A stretch of DNA of 57,655 nucleotides from Octopus sinensis (lineage: Eukaryota), in assembly GCF_006345805.1 (NCBI RefSeq), contig NW_021833604.1:1-57655 (forward strand), read 5' to 3'. Positions within the stretch are counted from its first letter, which is position 1; the number at the start of each line of letters is the position of its first letter. Both the position numbers and the translations under genes were made by a program. Of the stretch, positions 28,075-41,467 are shown one piece after another. The notes beneath the pieces were generated by a model. That model saw only the letters and a program-made list of their open reading frames with translations. It was not told the DNA's origin and searched no databases.

Positions 28075-28268
28075 TTCGCGATCAGCGACAAGAACAGACC
28101 ACTGGTGGCGATCCATGTGGCAGTCACCGAGGAATTTCTTCAAGGAGTCTTTGTGCTTCTTCTTTAGTGCTTCTCTATTGCAGTGACTGGAAGAGAGTTT
28201 GCTATACAGCATGATCTTGAAAAGTCGATGGTTCTCCATCCTGCTTACATGTCCTGTCCAGCGTAGCT
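28075..28268 (-). mobile_element. RTE-clade LINE C-terminal fragment
   Basis: LRWTGHVSRMENHRLFKIMLYSKLSSSHCNREALKKKHKDSLKK...HQWSVLVADR matches the RTE/BovB LRW.GHV.RM..R.PK..LY motif. Confidence 0.85.
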
Positions 28269-28324
28269 ATGTCTTCAGGGAAAAAGAGACAAAAACAAAA
28301 CCACTATGATCAAACCAAATCAGC

Positions 28325-29518
28325 TCACCTTCCCATACATAAATACATACATACATACATACATACATACATACATACATACATACATACATACATACAT
28401 ACATACGTACGTACGTACGTACATATGTACGTACGTACGTACGTACGTACGTACATACATATATATATCCATACATATGTATGTATATTTTCGTGTATGT
28501 ATGCATAATGCATGTGAGCATGTGTGTGTATTCAGGTATATCTTTAGTTATATGAAAAAGTATACACAAACATACACACATACACACACAACACCGGGGT
28601 ATAGTGCTAGTATTTAAATATAAAAATGCAATAAGATTTTTTAATCATCGAATGACTATGATAGTCCTCTTGAGTAAAATAGAAATCGAAGGGTTCCAAG
28701 TGTTATATAAGTTTGAAAATCCCTACTTTAGAGAATGAGACAGCGAACCTTATAGCGAAAAAGATGTAGTTTTAAGAATTACGTGTCTGTGTGCTCTTAT
28801 TTTTCTGCCCTCGTTTCGGATTGTCTTGGAACAGAAGCAGCCAAGTAAACATAGCCAAAAACTTATAGAAAGTAGAATCAAATCATATTCTATGTTACCT
28901 ACATCACAACGGCTGCAGCTGTCCTTTATATACGATTGTAAGCACTTACCGAAATGTATGATTCTAAGCACTTACTGAAATATATTCAATTATAGCCGCG
29001 CGTTGAAGAATGTTCATATATGCGTGGATATGTATTTCTGCCTGTGTTTCTTTGCGCGTGTGTGTATGCGGTTGTGTGTGTACGTATGTGTGGTATGCGC
29101 CATATTTGCGCATGTGTAATTGTGCAAAGTAAGCAAAGAAAATGCATGTCTACGCATTTGTATGCATCACGAGGAGCGCTGGATTTTGTAAAGCATTTGT
29201 ACGCTGACGAAGTGTGAAAGGGCCACATTTATGCCTGCAGGTGCACATGCACATATACGTGTAACCCCCACAAAAAAAACGCACACGCTAACACGCAAGC
29301 ACATACAAACACATACATGCATTCATACATACATACATACATACGTACGTACGTACATATGTACCTACGTACGTACGTACATATGTACCTACGTACGTAC
29401 GTACATACATATATATATATCCATACATATGTATGTATATTTTCGTGTATGTATGCATAATGCATGTGTGCATGTGTGTGTATTCAGGTATAACTTTAGT
29501 TATATGAAAAAGTATACA

Positions 29519-29573
<55 letters not shown>

Positions 29574-29765
29574 AACACATATATTTATCAAGCATTGGAT
29601 GTGAGCAATCTACGCATGTATGTATATATGTTCGTGTATATATGAATGCATATATATGTGTGTGAGAATATGATAATCTAATTTTAAATATATATTACGT
29701 TTTGCACACGCACACACACACACATGCATACACACACATGCATACATACATACATACATCATACA

Positions 29766-29813
<48 letters not shown>

Positions 29814-30022
29814 CATTATTTACATTGAATATATGTACATAAATACATAATCTAAGATAAAAGTAATTCATGCACGCCATACTTGAAAAAAAAACTACTG
29901 CATGACTTATATATACACACACACACATATGTACATATATATATACATACATACATGTACGCGTGCGTCTGTGTGTGTGCCCGCGCGCCATTTGTGTGTG
30001 TGTATATATATATATATGTATA

Positions 30023-30084
<62 letters not shown>

Positions 30085-30271
30085 TTAATATATAACGTCA
30101 ATTCTTAATATCTTTCGTACTAGATTGTGTTTTTTATGGAATATTCAGATATAGCTTATTTTTATTTAAATATTTATTTATGTTTGTCCTTAACATATCT
30201 AAGCCTGTAGGTGCTTATGTACGTTAGATATGCGCATATATACATACAACATACATACATACATACATCAT

Positions 30272-30304
<33 letters not shown>

Positions 30305-30579
30305 CACACACACACACATATATATATATATATGTATGTATGTATGTTTATCCATGTAGGGACGGATGTACGTATGTATGCATATCTATATACATAGATA
30401 TACATGCATAAATATATATATATATAATATATATATATATACATATATATATATATGTGTGTGTGTATATATATATATATGTATGCACGTATGTATGCAT
30501 GTATGTATGTATATATGTTCGTGTATATATGAATGCATATATATGTGTGTGTGTGTGTGTGTGTTGTGTGTGTGTGTGT

Positions 30580-30648
<69 letters not shown>

Positions 30649-30765
30649 AATGAATTGCTACCAAGGGCATAGTCTTATTCTGATACGAAACATTCCTAAC
30701 TTGCAGTACTGACTCTATGGAAAATAAACTTTATCACTGACACACACACACACGCGCGCATATAC

Positions 30766-30824
<59 letters not shown>

Positions 30825-30860
30825 TATATATATATATAATATATAATATATATATATATA
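28325..30860. repeat. (TACA)n/(TACG)n/(CA)n/(AT)n microsatellite region with local duplication 28380-28590 / 29320-29530
   Basis: The unique segment CCATACATATGTATGTATATTTTCGTG...GAAAAAGTATACACAAAC occurs twice. Confidence 0.85.
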
Positions 30861-31536
30861 CATATGCGTATAAACTTTGTGCGTGTATATACCTGTGTAA
30901 TGTATATATAACTGTTATATGATTTGTTAGTTCCTCTTCGTTTCGTTGTTATTTTTGGGTAATCATTTTGTTGTTATGGTTGTTGGTGTTGTTGGTGGTG
31001 TATTTTTTTTGTTTCTTGCTCTTTTTTCTTTTCTGTTTTTTTTTTGGTTTGCTAGTCATTCAATTTGCTTCCAGACTGTTCTCAGACAGTTACAGAAGAT
31101 GAATAAATCATGAATAAATTAAGAATATACAAGAAAAACATCAAATCTACCTTTTCAATGTTTTCAATCGCGTTGAAACAAATTAATGTCCCACCGTAAT
31201 GATCATACATACATACATACATACATGTATGTATGTATGTGTGTATGTATATGCGTGTGTGTGTATATGAGTATGTGCGTTGTGTTCGTGTATGTGTGTG
31301 CGTGTAAGTGTTTGTGTGAGTGTGTGAATGTATAATTGTGATTCTTCCCCCCTGCATCACTTGGCAACCGGTGTTGGTTTATTTACGTCCTCGTACCATA
31401 ACGCTACGCCAAAAGAAGCCGATAGAATGGGTACCAGACTTTATAAACAAATGCTGTTCGACTAAGCTCTTCATACACACACACACACAGACACATACAC
31501 ACACACATATGCATACACACGCACACGCGCGCGCAC

Positions 31537-31567
<31 letters not shown>

Positions 31568-31568
<1 letters not shown>

Positions 31569-32923
31569 GAGGGTGGACTAAAATGTTCATAGGCTGACTT
31601 TGAAGAAGTAGTGCTAGAGCTATGAAGTCTTGCATGCATTAATTTCAACCCTTCTTATTAATAACCTATTTGTTTCTTTCCATCCGACTGTTCAAAGAAG
31701 ACTTCGAATGTAAATAGCAGACTTCTCTTGAAAACAGACAACATTTTACATCGTGGCGTTATCAACTTCCTACAGAATATGGCTTTACCCACCAACAACA
31801 TTCATCCAGACATCGTTGCTATATTGTGGAGTGACGTTCCAGCCTTATCAACAGTGCAAAAGTAAGCAGTTAAATATAGAAGGTAGGAGACTCTTGAAGA
31901 TGCTGCAAGGTCCGCCAACTTCTACCACTGAGGAAAACATTGATCGTGTTCACCACAATGTGATGGAGGACAAGCGATGGACTATAGATCAAATAGCCAA
32001 TGCTATTAGCATACCCGATGAAACAGTTGATAATATTCTGCTCAATGAACTTGGCATGGCGAAGTCTTCTTTTGGTGAGTGCCAAGCCTTCTAACACCTG
32101 ATCAAAAACGCACCAGGGTGATCACAAAGCGGGGAAATTTGGCATGGTTTGAGATAGACCAAGCTGATTTCCTTGACCGCTCCCTAACCCAGGATGAGTG
32201 TTGAGTTCATCACTTTGAGCCAGAGACAGAGAGAGACAATCCATGCAGTGGAAATACCCATCCTCACCTGATCCAAAGAAGGTGAAGGTCGTTTCATCCA
32301 CAAGGAAAGTGATGACTTCAGTTTTTTGGAATGTTGGCTATCTTCAAAATAGCCACACCATCAATGGAGAGTAATATGCCAACTTGCTTAGGTAGCTACG
32401 AAAGGCTGTCAAGACCAAATTCCCGGGGAAAACTGTCGGAAGGGGTTTTGTTTCCTCTGGACAAATCTCCAGTACGCAAGTCCTTGCTGTGGCTTTGAAC
32501 TGGTTGATCGCCCTCCCTGTTCTCCTCATTCGGCCCTATCTGACTATCATCAGTTTCCCAACATGAAAGAAAGACTTGGCTCCGGACCAGTTTCGCAGTG
32601 AGGATGACGTCACGTCTGCTATTGATGACCATTTACCAAGAAAATGAAAGCTTCTTTATCTGTGGGATTCAAGCACTGCAACACCGTCGAAAGAATTGGC
32701 ACGCAAGAGGGTGTTCTGTTCACAAATAAACCTCATTTGGTCACATTCCACGACACAACCTATGAACCATTCAGCTGACCTTCGTATCACTGGATATACA
32801 TTTGCAATTCGGTGACACCTGTATAATTTATACAAAAATATGAATAACAGTAAATGGATTGTGCAACACACTTTATTTCATAACGTATTTTGATCAGCCT
32901 ATGAACTTTTCAGCCAATCCGCG
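31568..32923 (+). mobile_element. Full-length decayed mariner transposon
   Basis: TIRs CGAGGGTGGACTAAAATGTTCATAGGCTGAC and TCAGCCTATGAACTTTTCAGCCAATCCGCG; transposase remnants TEENIDRV..VMEDKRWTI..IA, a WVP.LLTPDQK-like segment, QDEC.VHHFEPE and HPPCSPHSALSDYHQFPNMK (YSPDLAPSD-like); multiple stops and frameshifts. Confidence 0.92.
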
Positions 32924-33144
32924 TGTGTATAAACAAATAAATAAATGCTTTCATAAAGATGCGAATGATCTCCCGTTGTAAAGCAATTTCAGTGTAACAG
33001 AGAAATTAGACAAAAAATAACTCCGTGTAATGAGCATAAAATTAGTTGATATACATACATACATACATACATACATACATACATACATACATACATACAT
33101 ACACATATATATAGAGAGAGATATGTGTGTGTGTGTATATATAT

Positions 33145-33301
33145 ATCAGCGTGACTGTGTGGTAAGAAGCTTGTTTCCCAACCACATACCACATGGTTCC
33201 GAGTTCAGTCCCACCGCGTGGCAGTGTCTTCAATTATAGCCTCGGGCCGGCCGAATCCTTGTGAGTAGATTTGGTAGACGAAAAACTGAGAGAAGACCAT
33301 C

Positions 33302-33341
<40 letters not shown>

Positions 33342-34088
33342 TAAGCATACATAAATGAGTAAAGGACGTCACCAACGGTGTAAATAACATACACATGAGA
33401 GATAGATACAAGACATGGATAGTAGTTACAGGATATAAAAAAAAAACGTGTGAAATACGTAAACAAACGATAAAAAATGGAAAACAGCAAGTTAACGCAG
33501 AAAAAGAACTCTTCATCAGTTGTTGGCTGTCTATCTACTCATTTCGAGTATTATAGGTTAGTGACTAGGATATTTAGTTCAAAATCGTAAGGTCGTGAGT
33601 TCGATTCCTAGCGGCGCGCTGTGTCCTTGAGCAAGACACCTTATTTCACGTAGCTCCAGTCCACTCAGTTGGCAAAACTGAGTAGTACCAGTAATTCAAA
33701 GAAGCCAGCCTTGTCACATTTTGCGTTACGCTGAATCTCCCTTAGAAATACATTAAAGGAACGCGTGTCTATGGAGTGGTCAGCCACATGTTAATTTTAC
33801 GAGCAAACTCGTCGTTGTAGGCGGCTGAATTCCTCTTGTTTATCCCTGAACAAATCTATTTTGAGTGATGGCCATGTATATCTTTTTAGCCACAACTTCA
33901 GGTGTGGCTGTGTGGTAAGTAGCTTTCTTACCAACCACATGGTTCTGGGTTTAGTCCCACTGCGTGGCACCTTGGGCAAGTGTCTTCTACTATAGCCTCG
34001 GGCCGACCAAACCCTTGTGAGTAGATTTGGTAGACAGAAACTGAAAGAAGCCCGTCGTATATATGTATATATATATATATATATGTGT

Positions 34089-34131
<43 letters not shown>

Positions 34132-34335
34132 TTGTGTGTCTGTGTTTGTCCCCGCAACATCGCTTGACAACTTATGCTGGTGTGTTTACGTTCCCGTAAC
34201 TTAGCGGTTCGGTAAGAGAGACCGATAGAATAAGTACTAGGCTTGCAAAGAATAAGTCCTGGGGTCGATTTGCTCGACTAATGGCGGTGCTCCAGCATGG
34301 CCGCAGTCAAATGACTGAAACAAGTAAAGAGGGAG
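33145..34335 (+). mobile_element. SINE cluster: family A 5' half (33145-33310), family B (33560-33810), family A full (33900-34335)
   Basis: Matches to other copies in the window. Confidence 0.85.
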
Positions 34336-34554
34336 TCCCCATGGGATGTAATACATGAAAGGCATTTTTTAGGAAGTGGCTGATTACATGCGTAGTGTCT
34401 CCTTGAGATAAGTGACTTCATTGACATTCACGGTTGTACATTTGGTGATGAAGCGTTTCATTATCCCATTTTGTTCCTTCGTTTGATGCAATCACTGTTG
34501 GACAGGCACTTGTTTATGTATTCAGTCTTGGCCTCATTGAGGTAAAGACCTACA

Positions 34555-34830
34555 CAATTTGAGGCCTGTTCAAGAGATTGTAAAAGAGACTGGGCATTGG
34601 AGAGAGAATCATTGTAGAGCTGAAAAAGAGATAATTTCTACTCTTCTCCTCTGGAAGCCATCTACTCGCAGTACCAGAGGGCGCACACTCTCCTACCCTG
34701 ATGTAATCTCCAGGGAAACAGGCATCCAGCAACAGGACCTCCGTAATGCCATGATGGACCGTGAAGTCTGGCGTAGCATAGTAAATTCCATTGTCTCGAC
34801 CACGGTCGAATAATGATGATGATGATGATG
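34555..34830 (+). mobile_element. RTE-type LINE 3' end with (GAT)n tail
   Basis: HCRAEKEIISTLLLWKPSTRSTRGRTLSYPDVISRETGIQQQDLRNAMMDREVWRSIV followed by TAATGATGATGATG. Confidence 0.75.
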
Positions 34831-35039
34831 TTCCTTCGTTAGTTCAGTGCTAACTCCTGCTCTTGAAATTCAAATGCGTAACCTTCGAGATGTGGCGTAA
34901 TGCTACAATTACAAACCCCAAGAGAGATTACACTTCATGGTAATAATATGATGGAAGGTGGCAAGCTGGCATTTCGTCAGTTCTTACGTCCTGAGTTCAA
35001 ATTCCGTCCAGGTCGACTTTGCTTTTTTATCCTTTCGGT

Positions 35040-35775
35040 AGGAATGGATGGACGGACGGACGAACGGATGAACGGACGAACAGATGGATGAATGGACGGA
35101 CGGACAGACAGACAGACAGACAGGTGGATGAATGGACGAATGGATGGATGGATGGATGGATGGATGGAGGGGGAGGGAGGGGGATGGAGGGAGGAATGGA
35201 TGGATGCATGGATGGACGGACATACGTATGGATGAATGGATGAAGGGGAATGGATGGTTTGATGGCTGGCTGGATGCATGGATGGATGGATGGACGGACA
35301 GACAGACAGACAGATAGATGAACGGACGAATGGATGGATGGATGGATGGATTGATGGATGGATGGATGGAGGGGGAGGGAGGTATTGATGGATGCATGGA
35401 TGGACGGACGGACGTATGGATGAATGGATGAATGGACGGATGGATGCATGGATGAAGGGGAATGGATGGATGGATGGATGGACGGACGAATGGATGGAGG
35501 GATGGATTGACTGGTTAGTGGGTTGTCTAAATCTTGTTACTACGGGTGCGTTTATGTAGAGAGATACATTTAAATAAAATTTGCCAGTATCTCAATTCAA
35601 TTTGTCATCCGGGAAATGGCTTATTAGGAGAATTGTGTGTATGTGTGAGCGTGTGTGCGTGTGTGCGTGCGCGCATGTGTGTATGTGTGTACGAGTTTGA
35701 ATATTTTACATAACTGAATATCTCATACTTAATTTTGTTGATGGAGACGTGGCTGATGATGATAATGATGATGAC

Positions 35776-35858
<83 letters not shown>

Positions 35859-36160
35859 CGACGATGATGATGATGATGACGACGATGATGATGATGATAA
35901 CGACCACAAATACCATGACGATGATCATGATGTTGGTGACGATGTTGATGATCATGATGATGACGATGACGACGGCGATGAGTGTGATGACGATGATGAT
36001 GAAGATGACGACGACGGATGGTGACGATAATGATGATAATGTGAAAGTACGTGTGTATGTGTTTGAATATACGGTGGTGGTGGTGGTGGTGGTGGTGGTG
36101 AAATGATAATGATGCTAAGATGATGATGATGATGACGACGACGACAACGACGATGATGGT
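35040..36160. repeat. (GGAT)n/(GGAC)n tetranucleotide and (GAT)n trinucleotide tracts
   Basis: Direct inspection. Confidence 0.93.
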
Positions 36161-36417
36161 GATGATGATCAATGCGAATAATATTAAAATAAAGTTCGGC
36201 TCTGAAGAACTCAACAGATAATTTCTTCAGAGAATAATTACGTATTCCTCGTTCGTTCATCTAACATCAAACATAAGATTGCATTCGCAGAATTGTTGGC
36301 AACATTACATTAGGTACTGAACCAATAACGATTCTTAACTGTGTATGAGTGGAGTTTGCGTGCGTGCGTGCGTGTGTGCGTGTGTGTGTGTGTGTGTATG
36401 CGTCTGTGTGTGTGTGT

Positions 36418-36454
<37 letters not shown>

Positions 36455-36942
36455 CGTGTGTGTCTGTGTGTGTGTGTGTGTGTGCGTGCGCATCAGTGTG
36501 TGCGAAAGTATGCGAGTGTATATGGTATTTCTCAGATATAAGAGGTGGGTATTTTCATGAAAGCCAAACAAGCTGACTCAATAGAATGAGATAAGTTCAA
36601 GGTGATAATTATATTATTATTATCGTCATTATTATTACATTATATCATTATAATATAATATAAAACATAAGGCAAATGGGATAGCTGCTGAAAAAGCAAT
36701 TGGTGTATACATATTGAAATAAATAATTAAATATTGAATTAAATAGTATCATATATATATATATATGTATATATATATATGTATATATATATATGTATAT
36801 ATATATGTATATATGTATATATGTATATATATGTATATATGTATATATATGTATATATATAAATATATATATATATAACATATATATATATGTATGTATG
36901 TATGCATATATGTATGTATTTATAATATAAATATATTTATAT

Positions 36943-36993
<51 letters not shown>

Positions 36994-37194
36994 TCTTTAT
37001 GAATTATATATATTTTTCGTCTTTGTGACGTACGTATATTATTTTAATGCAACTATTCTTATTAATATATAAAATGGAGAAATATGTCTATATTTTATAC
37101 ATTCAATGTGAGAGAGAAAAGAAACAGAAAGAAAAGGAGAGAGATGGATGGACGGATGGATGGATGGATGGATACGTGTGCGAATGTGTGTGTG

Positions 37195-37920
37195 AAGAAG
37201 GAGCACTCCGTCGGTTACAACGACGAGGGAACCTGCTGATGCGATCAACAGAACTTAAACAACAGGCCAGGAGTGGCTGTGTGGTAAGTAGCTTGCTTAC
37301 CAACCACATGGTTCCGGGTTCAGTCCCACTGCGTGGCACCTTGGGCAAGTGTATTCTACTATAGCCTCGGGCCGACCAAAGCCTTGTGAGTGGATTTGGT
37401 AGACGGAAACTGAAAGAAGCCCGTCGTATATATGTATACATATATATATATATGTATGCGTGTATGTTTGTGTGTCTGTGTTTGTCCCCCTAGCATTGCT
37501 TGACAACCGACGCTGGTGTGTTTATGTACCCGTCACTTAGCGGTTCGGCAAAAGAGACCGATAAAATAAGTACTAGGCTTACAAAGAATAAGTCCCGGGG
37601 TTTAGTTGCTCGATTAAAGGCGGTGCTCTAGCATGGCCGCAGTCAAATGACTGAAACAAGTAAAAAGAGTAAAAGAGTAACAGATCGTGAAATTAACGTG
37701 CAAGTGGCTGAGCCCTCCATAGACACGTGTACCTTTAACGCAGTTCTCAGGGAGATTCAGCGTGACACAGAGTGTGACAAGGCTGGCTCTTTGAAATACC
37801 AGTACTACTCATTTTTGCCAATGAGTGGACTGGAGCAATGTGAAATAAAGTGTCTTGCTCAAGAACACAACGCGTCGCCGAGAATCGAACTTACGACCTT
37901 ACAATCGTGTGCCGTATATC
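37195..37920. mobile_element. SINE family A (37265-37680, plus) flanked by family B pieces (37195-37260 and 37675-37920, minus), probably nested
   Basis: The two minus-strand family B pieces are colinear across the family A copy. Confidence 0.8.
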
Positions 37921-38506
37921 TGTTATAGAGCGATTAACGTTTTCACTTATTGTACAGGTGCGTAAATATACGTGTAGCCAGGTGCAATACGGCCGAATGC
38001 CTTAAAGGTTAAGAACTTTGCTTTATAACAACGAGGTTTTAGGTTTGATCCCGTTGCTTGATATCATGTGTGAATAATATTTTCTATAACCCCAGACGGA
38101 CCCATCCCGTGAGAATGAAATTAGGTTTAGAGCAAATGAAACAGTAGAAGAATCGTAGAAACAACATCCCATAGTTTGTTTGCTTCTCTGTTCGTGTGCG
38201 TATGTAGACTTCGAGGATGAAAATTTAGGAATCTCGGTTATTTCTATGCGTATTGAAAACCATCGGACATTCTCTACTTTTCTACAAGTTTCTATATGCT
38301 GAATTTCTAAGAATGTTGTCTCAGAGATTCCATGTTCGTGACCACCACCAATAAAAAATGAGAACCTTCACTTCCTTGTTTGGTCATGAATCCTTAACGT
38401 AAATCTTTTCCCATTAACCATTCTCTGCAAAAGCGAGAATCTTTGTTACACTCATTTTATAAGCTTTCACTCTCTCTGTCTCTCTCATCTCTCTCTCCTT
38501 CTCTCC

Positions 38507-38539
<33 letters not shown>

Positions 38540-38705
38540 ACTCACTTTCTCTTTTTCGGATTCTATTTTAAAAAATAATTGAAGGTTATTAATACGTTAA
38601 TTTTGAGACATATAATTAATATTACATTTCTCGTAATTCATTGTTTATCTAATTTCCAATCACAGACAGTCTGTTTCAAACTTTTTCGTTTTCTTCTGGG
38701 ACTGC

Positions 38706-38751
38706 ATCACACTGATGAGAAAGAAATTTTTCGAAACAGTCTGTCTATGAT
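38706..38751 (+). ncRNA. Minimal type-I hammerhead ribozyme (candidate)
   Basis: Stem I ATCACA/TATGAT (5 of 6 bp); core CTGATGA 38712-38718; stem II GAAAG-AAAT-TTTTC; GAAA; stem III ACA-GTC-TGT; predicted cleavage after GUC at 38745. Confidence 0.65.
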
Positions 38752-39129
38752 TATAGAGAAGATAACTGTTAAATTTGATTATTAAATCAACGTGGAGAAA
38801 CACATCGGAAAGTTACAGACATATTAGCGGTTTCCTCCCACACTGAGAGATGACAGAGATAAGTATATTCCTGTCTTTCCAACACCAATATATTTACGAT
38901 AAGACGTTTTGCCTTCGAATTGCGAAAACTTGGCAGTGTAAATACACATTGGCAGAGAATTTACATCTGCAGGTAATTTAACTTCTTATCAAATAAACCA
39001 AGTATTTTATCAATATAAGTTAAAGGTTACCAAATTCTTCATGTCCTTTTCTTTTTACATCCTGTGAAGGAAAAGATAGAAATTCTTAATCTTTTGAAAT
39101 ATCTTTTCATAATCAAATTCTGAATATTT

Positions 39130-39700
39130 CACGCGATGATTGTGTGGCTAAGAAACTTGCTACACAGCGTCATGATTCGGGTTCAGTCCTACTGCACGAC
39201 GCCTATGACAAATGTGTTTTACTATTGCCCCGGCCCAAACAATGCCTTGTGAGTGAATTTCGTTGACGGAAACTGTGTTGAAGCCTGTTGCATCCATATA
39301 TATATATGTGTGCGTCTGTGTGTGTGTGTACGTATGTATATGTGTGTACGTGTGTGTGCCTGTGTGTATGTGTGTGCGTTTGAGTGTGTGTGTGTGTGTG
39401 TGTGTATGTGTGTGCGTTTTTTGTGTATGTGTGTGCGTTTGCGTGTGTATGTGTGTGTGTATGATGTAAAAGAGAGGTCGAGAAAAACAAACCGGATTAT
39501 GATATGTATATGTATCTAACACACAGACAGATTTGCTGCTTAATATGTGTGGTAAAGGCAAGTGGCCTAGCGACTGGGATTTTGCGATCCTGAAATTGTG
39601 GTTTCGATTCCCAGACTCGCTCTGCGCTGTGTTCTTGAGCAGAGCACTTTATTCCACGTTATTCCAGTCCATTCAGTTGCGAATTGGGAGCCTTGTAACG
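39130..39700 (+). mobile_element. Diverged SINE heads (family A 39130-39300; family B-like 39560-39700)
   Basis: GGGTTCAGTCCTACTGC and GGTTTCGATTCCCAG...TTCTTGAGCAGAGCACTTTATTCCACG. Confidence 0.65.
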
Positions 39701-39969
39701 GATTAGGACGCAAGGGTGAGATGGCTACTCAGGAAAATCACCCGAACGAAGGTTTGCGAGTCACGTTTTATATGGGAATGGATGTTCAACGACGTCGAAG
39801 GATAAATGAATGAATAAATGAATGAATGAATGAATGAATGAATGAATGAATGAATGAATGAATGAAATAATACTATTTTACTTCTGTTCGATCTGGAGGG
39901 AGAGATAGAAGTGGGGAGTGTGAGAGAGAAACAGCCTTGTTTATGAACCATGGACCTATATAATGGTTT

Positions 39970-40900
39970 CAAATTTTGCCACAAGGGCCGTATTTTTGGT
40001 GGGGAGGGGACTAGCCGATTACATCGACCCCAGTGTTTCGCTGGTGCTTAATTTATCGACCCCGAAAGGATGAAAGGCAAAGTCGACCTCGGCAGAATTT
40101 GAACTCAAAACGTAGCGACAGACGAAATACCGCTAAGCATTTCCCCCGACGTGCTAAAGGTTCTGCCAGCTTGCCACTGCCGCCTTACGGTCCTATATAA
40201 CGATCCTTTCTGCCATAGGCTAAAGGCCAGCGATTCTATGGGGTGTGAGCTTGTTATTTAAAACGACCACGATGCTCAACGAGTACAAAAAGGATGAAAG
40301 GCAAAGTGGACCGCGGCGGAATTTGAACTCAGAACGCAGCGACAGACGAAATACCTATTTCCTTACTACCCACAAGGGGCTAAACACAGAGGGGACAAAC
40401 AAGGACAGACAAACGGATTAAGTCGATTATATCGACCCCAGTGCGTAACCGGTACTTAATTTATCGACACCGAAAGAATGAAAGGCAAAGTGGACCGCGG
40501 CGGAATTTGAACTCACAACGCAGCGACAGACGAAATACCTATTTCCTTACTACCCACAAGGGGCTAAACACAGAGGGGACAAACAAGGACAGACAAACGG
40601 ATTAAGTCGATTATATCGACCCCAGTGCGTAACTGGTACTTATTTAATCGAGCCCGAAAGAATGAAAGGCAAAGTCGACCTCGGCGGAATTTGAACTCAG
40701 AACGTAACGAAATACGCAGGCGAAATACGGCTAAGCATTTCGCCCGGCTCGCCGCCTTAAGGGCATATATAGTGATATCAGATTTTAGCACAAGGCCTGA
40801 AATTTTATGGGGCGTGAGCTAGTCATTTTAATCGATCCCGGTGCTCAACTGGTACAAAAAGGATAAAAGAGTAAGTCGCTCTCAGCAGAACTTGAACTCA
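39970..40900 (-). mobile_element. SINE family C cluster including a 184-bp-period concatemer (40280-40755)
   Basis: GAAATACCTATTTCCTTACTACCCACAAGGGGC at 40348 and 40532. Confidence 0.87.
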
Positions 40901-41323
40901 GAACGCAATGAGCCGCAACAAATGCAGCTGAACATTTTACCCGACGCAATAACCATTCGTCTAAATGATCGCTTGCATGAATCTTGTGAAGAAGGCAGAT
41001 TTTTCGAAAATATTGTAATTTTGTCGTCTCCCCACAAAGGGTTACAGGGGGAAAATGAGAGTAACTGCATACACAGTATACTCTATAAGTATTGAACACT
41101 ATTTATCTGAGACCTCATAATCACCTGGGGTGGGTATATATGATACTTTCTACGCCTTTGTTTCTATATCAAAAAAAAAAAATATATATATTATATATAT
41201 ATACCATACATACATGCATATGTATATGTGTGTGTGTGTCTGTGTGTTTGTATATATATATATATATATATATATAGCAATAATAATTCTCTAAATGAGA
41301 TATAGACAGTGACTGCTCCATAA

Positions 41324-41467
41324 TATAAGAGATATTAGCCAACTGAATATGGCTAGGGACAGGGCAGGGTGGTGGGTGGTGTCACTGTTGCTTTTGGGGC
41401 TAAATGCAACAGTGACACCCCCACCACCCTGCCCTGTCCCTAGCCATATTCAGTTGGCTAATATCTC

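Noticed and set aside
29200-29232. CTGACGA-A-GTG...CAC motif
   Set aside because: No GAAA follows stem II; incomplete.
33505-33550. Minus strand ACTC-GAAA...CTGATGA-A-GAGT (type II hammerhead order)
   Set aside because: Stems I and III cannot be formed between the motifs; possibly a permuted Penelope-like remnant but not a supportable ribozyme.
36201-36233. 10-bp inverted repeat CTCTGAAGAA/TTCTTCAGAG
   Set aside because: Short enough to occur by chance; no further structure.
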